Assembly (NCBI GenBank): GCA_965645245.1
Contig: OZ287070.1
Coordinates: 2,666,001-2,730,000, forward strand
DNA length: 64,000 nucleotides
Reading direction: 5' to 3'
From: Massalongia carnosa
Taxonomy: Eukaryota
Shown in pieces: positions 34,908 to 48,004 of this stretch. The notes below the pieces were generated by a model. It made no database searches. It worked only from the letters and a program-made list of their open reading frames with translations, and was not told the DNA's origin. The translations under genes and the position numbers were made by a program. Each line of letters opens with the position of its first letter. The stretch's first letter is position 1.

Positions 34908-35899
34908 TCTCACAATATTTGGGAAATTTTATAGGTCTGGCATCTTAAGTGTTGTTCCAAACTAGATAGGTATTTTCGAGCTGACGAGAAAAGACAGTCA
35001 GTCATGCAAGGCTTTATATATTCACACGAGCTCCAAAAACTATAGCGGCATCCTGCAGCTGTGCAATAGTTAGCGATGAAATTTTACGAAGCATAGCCAA
35101 CCTCCGTCTGCTTGCGAAGGACACATGACCAAAGATGATGTGCATGTTACATTCTGCACGCATGCCACAGGAGGTAATTGTGGCTTGGTATGATTGTGAG
35201 AGATAGGTCTTCAGCTGCTAGCCCCTGATTTGAGCTTTGATTCTAGCAGTTTCCTCATCCGTGGATACTAGTAATCTAATGATGAGATCTAGCGAGCATC
35301 ATAACATAGGGTTGGCCTACCCCGCAGATATTAGTAAATCGTAGATGGCCGAGATATCAAAGAGTAGCGGACCTGCATCATAAAATTATCCTTAGAAATC
35401 CGTACGAACATAGTCTGTAGATTTCGCAGCCTGAAGCGATCAAGATGCGAACCAATCGTCAGTCAGAGCGCGCACAACTCTGAAACACGAATGTAAGATT
35501 CTAGCATTTCTAGCCTCGCTGCAACTTGGCGGTTCAGCCTTCTTGATCCCGATTGACTTCCAGCAGATGTACGGAAGATTCATGGAGGTGTAAGGGAGCG
35601 GCTATGAATTGATTCTTCTGCTTAAAATCGCGCTAACAAAAAACCCCTTGGGAGCCACAGTACATTGAAAATCTTTAATATATGCGCTATGCTGTTTTCG
35701 CTGCGAGATCTCGCAGCAAAAAAGGCATAACGTGTTTCACTGTTACTTTAGCCAGTACTTCGTACTGTTGAATTTCATGGAAGAAGATGTAAGTTGTTGT
35801 ATGTCTGGAAGAAGAGGATGTGTGTGCATGTTGTTGAGAGAAAGAGGAAGAAAACATGACGCGTCTTTTTGTGAGCACTAAACCACTAACCGTGCGACC

Positions 35900-36257
35900 G
35901 AGGTAAATCCGATGGACCGCATCCCGAGCTCCGCTCGGGGTGCGGCTCACCTCCATGACGCTATCATCTCCATGACGCATTTTTAAAAATTTCTATCATC
36001 TATCATCAACCATTTATTATTCAACCACATCATGTCTGATTCGTACAAGAAACGAGAGGCTAACATTGCAAAGGCCTTAGATGCATTTGCAAAGAACACA
36101 TACAAATCAGCCGCAGCCTGTGCCAAAGAATTCGATATTTCACCTCGTCTATTTCAAAGAAGACTACATGGTTATAGCAAGCGAAAAGCAGTCAATATGA
36201 GGTTGTCTGCTGCACTAGAACTAGCCCTGAAGGAGTATATTGAATTATCAATAAGAT
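35900..36257 (+). mobile_element. pogo/Fot1 left end with transposase HTH fragment
   Basis: Hairpin CCGCATCCCGAGC/GCTCGGGGTGCGG at 35917-35945; ORF from 36032 (IAKALDA..SAAACAKEFDISPRLFQRRLHG) is cut by an LTR start at 36258. Confidence 0.7.
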
Positions 36258-36558
36258 TGTCATGAAACGGCTTCGAACCAAAAAGATCTCGGCCTTATCC
36301 GTAGTTGCCCCCTCTATCCTGTCCCTACCTACCGTACCGCAGGTTTATTGGAGCTACTGCAGGTTCATTGGACCTACCGCAGGTTCATTGGACCTAACGC
36401 AGGTTCATTGGAACTACCGCGGGTTCATTGGACCTACCACAGGTTCATTGGTCAGTGCGCGCTGTTCCAACCTTTCTCGATGCGGTTAGATCGAGTACGG
36501 CTCCGCCATCCGATCTTCGAAACCATAATTACCCGGTCCCCATTAGGTGTCTTCGTAT
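36258..36558. repeat. Partial LTR containing a 20-bp tandem repeat (~6 units)
   Basis: Starts TGTCATGAAA; TACCGCAGGTTCATTGGACC units at 36335-36451; shares TCTCGG..TATCCGTA.TTGCCC with 5033-5056. Confidence 0.65.
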
Positions 36559-37622
36559 TGTGATAGGGTGAATAGGGACAAGGGCAGGTGCTGAGGGGAG
36601 GGGGGGGGGATTGGTGTGGACGGAGCGGAGGGGAGGTTTTTCCGGGGCTGAGGCGCCCATTTTTCTATAGATAGGGGAAGTTTCACCCTCTAGACAGACA
36701 GGCAATCAACATTTTTCTTTCCTTCAGAGTCAGTATTCGTGTCCGAGTGACAGTGTCCGAGTGACAGTGTCAGAGTGGCCGAGTCGTCACCACCAACGTT
36801 CTGTTTGTTGTTTTCACGTGTGTTCCTTGTTTGCTTTCTGCCGGTCTTCTCTCCTTGAGGTCATCACGTATGCACCACCCACGACTACCCCTCTTCATTG
36901 GCGACCACGGTGCGATGACCTTTTGAGGCTATTCGGTAGAAGCAAGAGTCTAGAGAGATCAACGAGTGCAGATTCGAACGAAAAGAGAGTGGGAACGCGT
37001 TTGACCCTGAAAAAGCCAAGAGTTCAAAAGGGGCGGGGCACGGATCGTGAACTAACCTTCAGAGTGTTTCTTATTTCTTTGTTTGATAGTGGGATCGAGT
37101 TCGACCTTGATGTTCTAGACCGAAGGCGGTGAGCTGAAAGAAGACCAATTGGAAGTCTAAGAAGCAATCCGCGGGACGACGCAAGCCATACTTTACCCTT
37201 TTTAGAAGCAGCGTCGGGTTTTAGCGAGTGGCGAATCCCGAAAAACCTCAATACTGGTGGCAGCGGCCTATGCGACGGCGCGTCTCGACTAACGAAAAAT
37301 GGTTACTATTTCGCTACAAATTCCGGATTCCATGCTGTTATGGCTCGGCAAAAAATATCTCCAAGAGGTCCGAGACATGGAGCCATTGTTCCGAGAGTAC
37401 TATAAGACTGAGCCTTTCGGCCGCGTAAAGATGAGAGGCGACAAAAAGACAGAGAAAAATCAGAGAGTGAGCAGAAAAGAAAATTCGAAAAAAGTTCATC
37501 GTTCTGTTATTAGAAAATCGAGATCCCGAAATTTTCCTTGTGTTTCTTACCCCCCCAGTTTAGTGCCTCATTCCTTGGAGCAATTGGGTACAGTATACGA
37601 CAAGTCTTACAGTGAGCTGATC

Positions 37623-40176
37623 ATGTCCAATAGTGACCCTTTTAGCCTGCGACCGGAGACACTCGAACAAAAATCCGAAGACTCTACTCCTGACGCCTCC
37701 ATACGTTCAGAAAAAGCTCCTGCCGGTGAGCCTGTGTACCAACCGACGGCGGAATTGCCACCACCTCCTGCTATAGGACCGTTCCCGATGGACCCGCGTT
37801 TTTATATGGCCTTACCTCACCCTGGTTCCCCTGGAACGCCCTTTTTCACGGGAGGAAATGTCACCGATTTCCTGGATCGCTATCTTCTTATGTGTCGCGA
37901 CTACCGACTCGCCGAAGATCAAATTATTCCACGTTTGCCCTGGTACTGTGAGAACCTGATAGGCCAGAACGTCAAGTCTATGATCGAGTTTACCTCTGGT
38001 GATTGGGACAGCCTAGCCAAGGCAATGCGCAAGGAATACCGTCATAATGACACCTCGCAACAAGTCAACTCTCGAGCTTTTCTGGAAGCACTAAAGAATA
38101 AGCCTCGCATGGAGGAGGATGACATACCGCTATGTTGTCGTCGTTTTGTGGCTATTTGCAGGCAGCTTCCTGGCGGCCAAAGGCTTGACAATTTCACTCA
38201 ATTGTTTATGGTTTGTTCAAGGTTTACCGGAGAAATTATGTTCGGAGCTATTCATGCGATATGATATTGACCTAGAAGGCGACGAACCCCTGATGCTCGA
38301 TACTTTGGTCCAGTACACTATAACTCTGGCTACCTCAAGTCAGCGCCTGAGAGATCTAGTACGAGGAGATAAGGAACAAGATAAGATTAGTGCCTTGGTG
38401 GATGATTATGGACGGGCAGCAAGCAAGCAAAAAGCCTCTCCTCCTAGTTCTTCTCTTACACAAGCGCCTATAGCCCCTCCGGTGATAGATACCAGGGCTA
38501 TTATGAATAGCGCTATCGAGGAAATTACCCACGGTGTTAAAGATATGATGTTGTCCACTGTGACTGCGGTGACCTCTAACATACAGAGCAATGTGATGCA
38601 AGCGCCCCTACCGGGCCCACGACCTTACCGACCGTATCAGCCTCCTCCACTTCAGCAAAATTTCCAATCTGCCCCTACTGTAGTGCCAGAACAAACGACG
38701 TCGCAGCCTAGAAATGCACAGCCATCTTCTTCTCTGATCCCTCCCCAGGCACAAACGAACTCTGCTGGTGGCAATTACTCATCTTCGAACCCTCAACGTT
38801 GTAACTATTGTTGGTCTACTGATCATAGAGGCCGCTGGCAGTGCTCTGATTATAGGGCTGACCTCTCCAGCAATCGTATACATTTAAACTTCGAGGGTCG
38901 GATATGTGTAGGACCTCCGAACCCAGGCGCACGTCCCGTACAGATGAGGCTGGACCGTTCTCAAAGACAGTGTGTGGCAGAGTCCGAACGGCTTCGCTAT
39001 TCTGCCCCTGCGGCCACGGTTGAAGCTAATACGGTGCGTGTTGGAGAGCTCGAACCTGATGAGTTGTCTAGTGAAGATGAGAGTTGGGACGACAAAGATT
39101 TTGGCCTTTGCATTGTGGAACATCGCACGGATAGTACCAAGGAGGCAATAGTAAACGCCGCCCGAGTCAATGAGAAGCCGAAGAGTACCGCCAATTTTCA
39201 TGAGCCAGTTCGCCGGATATTGAAACGAAAAGTTGAGAAAGAGGAAAAGCTTCCTACTCCAAAGAATACGAGATTTGGTAGTTGGCAGCAAGTGACTGTG
39301 GAAGATGCGACAGAAGATACTGACATGGAAGAAGTTGAGGAGTTTGTGACTTATCCAAATGGAACACCGGAGGTTTCTTCTACGAAGAAAAACGTGACTT
39401 TTGCGGACAATAAGAAGAAAGCTATAGCCGATAAGAAGGAGACTTCGTCTGAGCCTAAAGTAGTGGAAATTGATGAGGCCAAGGTGAAGCCTCCTCGAGC
39501 TCTCCGTTTGCCAGAGCTGACAAAAATCGACATGGATGATGAAACACTGATGAAAAAGGTGACTCAAATACCGATAACCATGCCCTTGTCCGAGTTATGG
39601 TCCATATCCCCTCGGGTGCGAGAGCTCTTTTCCAAGCCTATAAAGCATCCTAAACCTCCGACCGCGCATGTTAGTTCACTGGGGGTTAGCGATGATGCGA
39701 TGATGGGTAGCGGACAGATTCCGAAGCTTTTATATTCCTTATCCACTCCTAAGGCTCCTGTTCGATTAGAAGGCTTTCTCAAAAGTGTGGCTCTTCTACA
39801 TTCTGGCGCGGAAGTCAATGTGATGACCTCTAAGCTTATGCATCAAGCTGGACTATCCTGGAGACCGGCTCCTCACTTGGGTTTGGTTTCTCACACCGGG
39901 CACCGAAAACACTTCGATGGAGTATGCGAGAATGTTGAGATAAACATTGGGGGTCTAAAGAGTTTTCAACAGGTGTTTGTAGTGGACTCCGCGGATCATC
40001 AACTGGTCCTGGGTGCGCCTTTCTTGTTTATGGTGGAGCTGCAGTATGAGTACCGTCCTCAGGGAGCTTTTGCGGTCATCAAGAACTGTACTGGTCATAA
40101 GTCCGTCGTGTTCCGAGCTATTGATTATCAAGACGAAGGCAACCGGCAGGAGGAGGACATTTTTCCTTTAAACTAG
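37623..40176 (+). pseudogene. Gypsy gag-protease (frameshift near 38200; catalytic Asp to His)
   Basis: PFFTGGNVTDFL, CNYCWSTDH..C knuckle, ALLHSGAEVN where LLDSG is expected, LVLGAPF. Confidence 0.85.
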
Positions 40177-43100
40177 AATGCAGGCGAGCTGTCGGGGGTT
40201 TGTCTGCGGCGTGGAGTTCGAATAGCCCGAGGAAGAAAGAAAAGCGCGCTAGTGCCAATGCGTCACTTAATCTTGGATTAAGTAACCGATTAGGCCTAGT
40301 GCGCCGTTCTGACGCTAAATCCAAAGTAGCTGCAGCTTGCATCCTTAGCGGCAGGCTTAGGGTTGGAACATCCACTAGTCCGCATTGGGAGTTTGTACCC
40401 AGTTTTGATATTGGGCAGGAGTTTCGGTTATCACGCAAGTATGATTTATTTTCGGTTTCGCAAGCAAGAGATAGAGATAGGGAGTTTGTTCGGGTTGATG
40501 GAGCATACAAGAGAAAGGGTGATAAGGTGCGCCCGGCGGAAAGATGGATTTCTGACGGTTCAATGCCTGGGGGCATGCCTGATTGGAGAGAAAGAGCTTT
40601 GGAGAGGGAAAGAGCGATGCCTAGGTTGCCCAACGAAAAATATCCAGGGTGGTTGATACCGAAATTCTCACGTATGGCGCGAGGAGCACGATTGACTCCA
40701 GAAAGATTGCAAAAGATTCGAGTAGGGGATGGGTTGTCCATGGAAGAGAGAGACCTTTTGGCCGAAGTCCTACACGGTAGGGAAGCTGCACTCGCTTGGG
40801 ACTTTTCAGAGATGGGACTGGTCCGACCAGAAGTGGCGCCTCCGCAGGAGATCCGTACGATCGAGCATAAGCCTTGGCAGCATCCTGGTTTCGCTATTCC
40901 AAAATCACTACAGGAGAAGACCATCGAAATGGTAAAAGAGCGCCTTGCGATCGGAGCAATATAACCTTGCCATGGTCATTATCGCAATCCTTGGTATGTC
41001 ATAGGGAAAAAGGAGAAGGGAAAATATAGGCTCATCAATGCCTGCACGGAAATGAACAGAGTTACCTTGCGGGACGCCACTTTACCTCCTATGGCGGACG
41101 ATTTTGCTGAGAACTTCGCCGGATGTTCGGTAGCGTCGTTGGTGGACTGGTTTTCCGGATATGATCAAATTTCGCTAGACCTCAAGAGCAGAGACTATAC
41201 AGCTTTTCAGACGGCACTAGGACTCATGAGGATGACTCGACTTCCTCAAGGAGCCACCAATTCCGTGGGACAATTTGTTAGGATAAATAATCAAATCCTG
41301 CAGGCTCAGATACCTCATAATGCGGAACCTTTCGTGGATGATGTGGGAGTCAAAGGGCCTAAGACAAAGTATGACAATGAAATGGTCGCCCCTGGCATCC
41401 GCCGATTTATAAAGGAACATCTTCAGGCGCTGGACGAGGTTCTAGCCGATTATGAGAGAGCTGGTGTGACTATCTCGGGGGCAAAATCACAATTTGCCAT
41501 GCCTGGGATCCGTATTGTTGGTTATATTTGTGACTATGACGGTCGACATCCGGATACTGCCAAGGTCATAAAAATTGTTGATTGGCCTCCTTGTCAGGAT
41601 GTTACCGGTGCACGAGCTTTCATCGGTGTTTGCGTGTACTATCGTATATGGATCTTTGAGTTTGCCATCGTCGCTGAGCCTATCTACCGTCTGTTCAAAA
41701 AGAAGATCCTTTTTGTTTGGGGAGTAGAGCAACAAGAAGCCATGGATAAGCTGAAACTTGCGTTGACTACCTCTCCGGCACTGCGGTCGCTGGATTATTC
41801 GATAGGAGCTGGGCTCATCATTTTGGGAGTGGATTCGAGTGGTAAGGGATGGGGTGCCGTCTTGATGCAGGAGTGGGAGGGCAAGCGACACCCTTCGCGA
41901 TATGAAAGTGGTATTTGGTCCGACACCGAAAAGTCCTATGATGCGACGAAGAGAGAGTGTAGAGGGGTCTTGAAGGCTCTCAAGAAGGTCCGCAACTATC
42001 TTTATGGAATACATTTCTTGTTGGAGACAGATGCTTCGGTGCTTGTGGCTCAATTAAATCGTGGAGGGACGGATTTGCCAGGTGCGCTTGTTACCAGATG
42101 GATAGCTTGGATTCAGCTCTTCGACTTTGACGTGAAGCACGTTGCGGGTAAAAAGCATACAGCAGCAGCTGGACTGTCTCGTAAACCCCCTACCGAAGAC
42201 GATATACGGGAGAGAGAGATGGAAGAAGACATAGAAGATTTTATTGATGCAGAATTAGGCTCTCTAAGAGTTGCCCTATTTCCGTTACAGACGAACTGCC
42301 CTTAGAGGAGAGTTATTCAGAAAAATCTCAACAAATCGCTGCCTATCTTACGAGTTTACAGAGACCGGCCGGCATGGGAAGAAAAGAGTTTTACAAGTTC
42401 AAGAAAGAAGCGATGAGATACTGTGTGCAGGGGAGAAAGCTGTTTCGACGAAACAACAAAAATGTCCCCATACGAAGAGTTGTAGATGACGACAAGGAGA
42501 GACAGGAGATTATGGAGAAACTACATGATGAGAGTGGTCACAAAGGGAGAGAAGGGACCTACCGTAGGATTGCTGACCGCTACTGGTGGGAGGACCTTCA
42601 TGCTCATGTCAAGGCCTACGTACGAAGTTGCGAGAGATGTCAAATGCGGGACCCTACACAGCAGGAAGAAGCTCTACATCCTACCTGGATAAGTCTTTGT
42701 TGGGCCAAAGTAGGTCTGGATGTTGTGTACATGCCTTCAAGGGAGGGCAAGAAGTTCCTGGTGGCTGCTAGAGATGATCTTTCAGGCTGGGTAGAAGCTC
42801 GGGCAATAGGAAATGCCAATTCGTTGTCGGTCGCTAGGTTCCTTTGGGAAGATGTCATCTGCCGTCATGGTTGTTTTGGCCGCTTGATTGTAGATGGAGG
42901 GCCGGAAAACAAGGCTTTAGTTGAAGAACTCACAGCGCGATACGGAATTAAGAGGGTCCAGGTGTCTTCTTATCACCCACAGGCCAATGGTATGATCGAG
43001 AGGGGCCATAGACCCATTGTTGATGCACTGTCCAAGATGACCGATGGAGGGTTGGGAAATTGGGTCGAGAACCTACCCGCTGTATTATGGGCTGACCGTT

Positions 43101-43699
43101 CCACTGTCAAGAGTACCACCGGCTTCTCCCCATATTATGTGACCTGTGGCAGTGAACCTGTTCTACCGATTGAGTTGGAGGTACCTACCTGGCGTATTCT
43201 TCCTTGGAGTGAGGTTCATACAACTGCCGAGCTATTAGCTATGAGAGCTCGTCAGCTTCAGAGGCGGGAGGAGGATCTTGAGGAAGCTGTGCATCATTTA
43301 CAGCGCATGAGGATGGAAGGAAAAGAGGAGTTTGATGATGCGCACCTAATTAGAGCCAAAGAGCTAAAGAAAGGAGACTTAGTACTGCTCCATGACACCA
43401 AGAGAGATGCGGTGATGTCTACCTCCGTCAAACTGGCCTATCGATGGCTGGGACCATACAGGATACATGAAGCTAAACCCGAGAAGGGGACATACCTTCT
43501 AGCAGAATTGGACGGGACGGTCTTGGCTAACACCTTTGCGGGCAATCGGTTGAAAGAATTCCACCCCAGACAAGACCTTACTCGTATTACGACTCCGGAG
43601 CATGACACGGAAGAAGTCAACATTGATCCCAGACAGCATGCAATTCCAGAAGGTTGGCCGTTAGCGGTAGTTGTTCCTCCGATCTCCGGCATAGCATAG
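40170..43699 (+). pseudogene. Gypsy pol (RT, RNase H, integrase) with a stop at 40962 and a break near 42290
   Basis: DWFSGYDQ, RLPQGATNS, FVDDV, GVDSSG, ETDA, LHDESGH..CERC, VDGGPE, YHPQANGMIERGH, WLGPY. Confidence 0.93.
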
Positions 43700-43980
43700 A
43701 CCGAGTGCGTGTGTGTTTCTGACTGTAGTCGCTCTTTCATGATGATTTTCCTTTGTATAAGTGAAGAAGTGAGAGTTTCCTTGGATTTTGACCTTCACGT
43801 ATTGACCAATTTCCTCCCTCACCTAAAGATGTAGCCATAAGAACTCCTCACATCTTGTGTTCTCTCCTTCCTCAGCTTTCATCTTTTCATCAATCATCAG
43901 CAAAACTTTTACACCTAGTACAACTCCTCTCTTCTCATATTTACATCTGCCTTTCCATAACCTGATTGTGTGTTCCCATC

Positions 43981-45389
43981 ATGTCCTTCTCTGAGTTCCA
44001 GGTGGTCAAGATACGGGCCGGGGATAGAGAGTTCCCCACCCTAGATAGTGCGATTGCCTACATAGTACATGGGCACATTACCACCACCAGTACGTCTTCA
44101 GGTACAGGAGTTAGTGGCCGGGTCGCTAGAAGAAATGGGCGCACATTTTGAGGACACTGTAGCAAAATTCTGGGACTACTTAGAGTCCGATGGAACCATG
44201 AATGAACTGGTTACGCGGCGGAGTGGCCTGAGGGAGAGATTCGGATATGTGAAGACGGTGGCCGGGAAGCCAAAAATTGGAAAAATGTAAACCTGGACTT
44301 CTGCACCACCTATGGGGATAATGCACTGTCGATGGTGCGGAAGTGGGCCACGAGGTACAAATATGAGCATACAATTGCGGCCGTAAATCAAGCTATTGTA
44401 GGGAGACTCACCAGGACTGGAAAGAAATTGCTATTCAAGGGAGCATCAAATGTGGATTGGAGTACTGCGAGCGAGGACTCGAATACATATGAAAAGATTC
44501 CAAGGCCAATGTTAGCAAGATTAGGGATGCACTATGGGGCACATGGCCTTCTGGTTCCTGGATCGCCTGCACCGGAGGTGCCTGGTCGGGTGGAGGAAGA
44601 AGGGGTCGAGCAAACCGAACAAAATAGGCCTACTCGTCGCCCCCAACCCCCTCCCGAAGATGCTCCTACTAGTAGTGCACAAGCTGAGAGAGAGATTCCT
44701 GGTCGTCCGTCTGCTGCTGCGGGTCCGTTAGCGCCCTCTAGCTCAGGTAGTAGTCCAAAAGGGTCACTTAATCCTAGATTAAGTGACCGCGGAAGATCTA
44801 TTGTTCTAGGCACTGAGCCTTCTGTTACTGCGCCTATCCGATCGGTCACACCCGCTAGTCGGCGAGCTACTCCTACACTATTCTCTGAACATTCATCGCC
44901 GTTGACAGAGTTTTCTAATACGCCGCCTTTCAATCGTTCACTAAAATCACCGCGTGTGGCCACTCCTCCTGTGGGGGGTGAGTTTACGCCGGCGAGAAGG
45001 CAAGTATTGGGACACAGGTCCCGTCATTCTATTGGGTCACCACTGAGGCCGGGGAGTTGTGCGCCGGACACGGGGGGAAAGATACTTGGGGAAGCGAAGG
45101 GACAAGAAGAGGACGAGAGAGATGCGCATACACGGCACCAGAAGAGTGGGTAGCAGACCTGGAGGGGGAGGGGGAATCGAGCTCCACCCGGAGTATCGAG
45201 CTCCTCTCCTTCCATCAGTATGGATCCATAGGTTTGTGTGTTCGTCACGTGAATATGCTTGCTGCCCTATTCGGACTAAAAACTCCTATCGAACCTAAGG
45301 AACAGGTGAGGCGGTTAGCAAGGTTGTGGGCAGAAAGGAAGAGAGGGGTGGACCGCTTGCGGTCCATGCCCGAGACGGACACGTGGTAG
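43981..45389 (+). pseudogene. Extra (third) ORF of the Gypsy element, unknown function, frameshifted
   Basis: Chain of overlapping sense ORFs (43966, 44069, 44332, 45057) between the integrase stop and the 3' LTR. Confidence 0.55.
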
Positions 45390-45609
45390 GACTTGGGAGC
45401 GCCGCCGACTGGGTGGGCGGATAGTACAGGCAGACATTGATGCCAGGGGACGGCATCAATGGGGGTCTGTGGGTGTGTGGTAGGGTGAATAGGGACAAGG
45501 GCAGGTGCTGAGGAGAGGAGGGGGGGATTGGTGTGGACGGAGCGGAGGGGAGGTTTTTCCGGGGCTGAGGCGCCCATTTTTCTATAGATAGGGGAAGTTT
45601 CACCCTCTA

Positions 45610-47472
45610 CAGAGGCGAATCTCAAAAGTAATGATAATACGCTAAAAGCTAGTGCCGTAATTTAAAATTTCCGTACCGAGCAAATTTTCCCCTTTTCTTT
45701 CCCCTTTTCTCATCCCAAATCATTTACGAACCAACATTTGATCAAATCATCATCATGGTCAATAAATCAGCTGATATTTCTTTGCGGGCTCAGGTCTTGA
45801 CGTTGTCTTATTGCACCCCGGCCTCAATTGAATTTATTGCAGCTACTACAGGTTATTCTGTCCCCAACATTTATCGTATTCGTCGCATTGCCAGGGATCG
45901 AGGATTTGATCCCGCCATTTCTTTGCAGGTGCTTGATAAATACGCCCGTCATGAAGAAAAATCTGGTCGACCGAGAAAGGCTACTACTGAGAAAGAAGAT
46001 GAAGTCATTGATCTAGTCATAAAAGACAGATACGCCCGTGAAAAAACCAGTGCCCAGTTGGCAAGAGAAGTTGGACTGTCCAGATGCACCGTGTGGAGAA
46101 TCCTGAAACAAAGAGGCTATAAAAAAGTAAAACCGTCGTATAGACCAGGGCTTACCCCTGAAATGAAAGCGGCTAGACTGGCTTTTTGTCTCCTGTATAA
46201 AGACTGGACCGTGGAGGATTGGAAGCGGGTTATTTGGTCAGATGAAACAGCAATAGTGCTTGGTCACCGTCGCGGAGCTGTCAAAATTTGGCGTACAACC
46301 AAGGAAGGAAGAAGACCAGTCAAATCCACCGTACGTGCTAGGTGGCATGGGGCTCATGAATTCATGTTTTGGGGATGCTTTTCCTACGATTGGAAGGGGC
46401 CATGTCCTTGCTGGAAACCGGAGACAAAAGCGGAAAAAGCGGAAGCCAAAACCAAGCTTGACGAGATGAATGCTGCATTGGAAGCCAGTGAGAGATTAAA
46501 TTGGGAGCTGACCAATGGAATGAGACGTCTTTCAACTCGCAATTTACCAGGAAAAAAGCCGCAATGGAAATGGGATGAGGAACATGGAAAGATGATCAGA
46601 AAAGAAGGTAAAGGAGGCATTGATTGGTGGCGGTATCAAAACGTCATACTTCTGCCAAAACTGATTCCTTTTGCTCAGCAATGCAATGCAAAAAGAAGAG
46701 AAGCCGGATTGTCTGAAATGATCGTACAGGAAGATAAGGCTCCGTCTCATGCTTCCAAGCATCAGATTCCCATCTTCTCTCGTCATGGCATCGAGCGTCT
46801 TTTATGGCCCGGAAATTCTCCTGATCTCAACATGATTGAACCCTGCTGCCCCTGGATGAAGCGACGTACAACTGCCAAAGGTCCTCCTAGTTCTCGGTTA
46901 ATTGCTGAATCTATGTGGCATCGCACTTGGGACGATCTACCTCAGGAGAATATTCAGGCATGGATTGAAAGAATTCCACGTCACATTGCAAAAGTCATTG
47001 AATTGGAAGGTGGAAATGAGTATTGCGAAGGACGTTTGGACGTTGATGGACGGACCAAAGAAGGAAAAATGCGACTTCAACAGCTGAGGGAAGAATTGCT
47101 CAGTAATACAGCAAAACCAGCTTTTTCTTCTTCTTCTTCTTCTGTGGCGTCAACGAGACCATCATCCAGACAATCAAATGATGATACACCCAGCCCGTTG
47201 AATGTCAGGGCAGTTACCCCTGAGCCCCCTACACAGAAGCCATTGACACCCCTTATTGAGAAAAAGAGCCGTTTTATCTCCGAAAAATCACCTTCCCCCA
47301 CGCATTCAAAAGGTGGTTCGTACTGCAGCCAGTTTCAGACCAAAAAGACGTTGATTAGATGGTTGGTAATGGCATTTGTAGATAGTTGGTAGAATTTCAG
47401 GCTCGGTATGGAAAATCTAAATTACGGCGCTAGTCTTTAGCGTATTATCATTACTTTTGAGATTCGCCTCCG
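45610..47472 (+). mobile_element. Intact Tc1-like (DD34E) DNA transposon in the Gypsy 3' LTR
   Basis: TA duplicated (the empty site CCCTC-TA-GACAG is seen in the 5' LTR); ~72-bp imperfect TIRs starting CAGAGGCGAATCTCAAAAGTAATG. Confidence 0.96.
45755..47392 (+). CDS. Tc1-like transposase, 545 aa
   Basis: SGRPRK, WSDE, MFWGCF, QEDKAPSH, WPGNSPDLNMIE; 34 residues between the second D and E. Confidence 0.95.
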   Translation: MVNKSADISLRAQVLTLSYCTPASIEFIAATTGYSVPNIYRIRRIARDRGFDPAISLQVLDKYARHEEKSGRPRKATTEKEDEVIDLVIKDRYAREKTSAQLAREVGLSRCTVWRILKQRGYKKVKPSYRPGLTPEMKAARLAFCLLYKDWTVEDWKRVIWSDETAIVLGHRRGAVKIWRTTKEGRRPVKSTVRARWHGAHEFMFWGCFSYDWKGPCPCWKPETKAEKAEAKTKLDEMNAALEASERLNWELTNGMRRLSTRNLPGKKPQWKWDEEHGKMIRKEGKGGIDWWRYQNVILLPKLIPFAQQCNAKRREAGLSEMIVQEDKAPSHASKHQIPIFSRHGIERLLWPGNSPDLNMIEPCCPWMKRRTTAKGPPSSRLIAESMWHRTWDDLPQENIQAWIERIPRHIAKVIELEGGNEYCEGRLDVDGRTKEGKMRLQQLREELLSNTAKPAFSSSSSSVASTRPSSRQSNDDTPSPLNVRAVTPEPPTQKPLTPLIEKKSRFISEKSPSPTHSKGGSYCSQFQTKKTLIRWLVMAFVDSW

Positions 47473-48004
47473 TAGACAGACAGGCAATCAACATTTCCTT
47501 TCCTTCAGAGTCAGTATTCGTGTCCGAGTGACAGTGTCAGAGTGGCCGAGTCGTCACCACCAACGTTCTGTTTGTTGTTTTCACGTGTGTTCCTTGTTTG
47601 CTTTCTGCCGGTCTTCTCTCCTTGAGGTCATCACGTATGCACCACCCACGACTACCCCTCTTCACTGCCAGTTAGTTCATTGAATCAACCTTCAACCTTA
47701 GCTGCTTGAACGAAGCACTAGCTGACTAGCCGATCCGAAAGGAACTAAGCTTAATCCGGTTCAGTCAGGGCAAAGGTAAGTGTTCCGACTGTCAATAGTG
47801 TCATGGCGATAGTTTCATGCCAGGGACTTGGGGAAATTGGATCAACGGCTGGATTGGGGCTAGTTCCATTCGCCAGAGTCTTATACTCGCCCACGTTGGA
47901 TTTTCTGTTTCTTTTCTCCTTGTCAAACGTCTTGTCCACCTAGCTAGACAATCAAGTAATACGTTTGCACCATCTGAATTTCTACCTGACCTCGCACCGT
48001 GACA

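Larger units (their letters stand above)
36559..47664 (+). mobile_element. Ty3/Gypsy LTR retrotransposon, full length but degenerate
   Basis: LTRs 36559-36897 and 45476-47664 (the latter interrupted), TG..CA; PBS-like TGGCGACCACGG; domain order gag-PR-RT-RH-IN. Confidence 0.93.

Noticed and set aside
36335..36451. 20-bp repeats resembling a CRISPR array
   Set aside because: Head-to-tail units with no unique spacers, inside an LTR in a eukaryotic context; it is a minisatellite.
40118..40924. 268-aa antisense ORF, plus 38884-39567 and 41487-42053
   Set aside because: Antisense shadows of gag/pol with no recognisable motifs.
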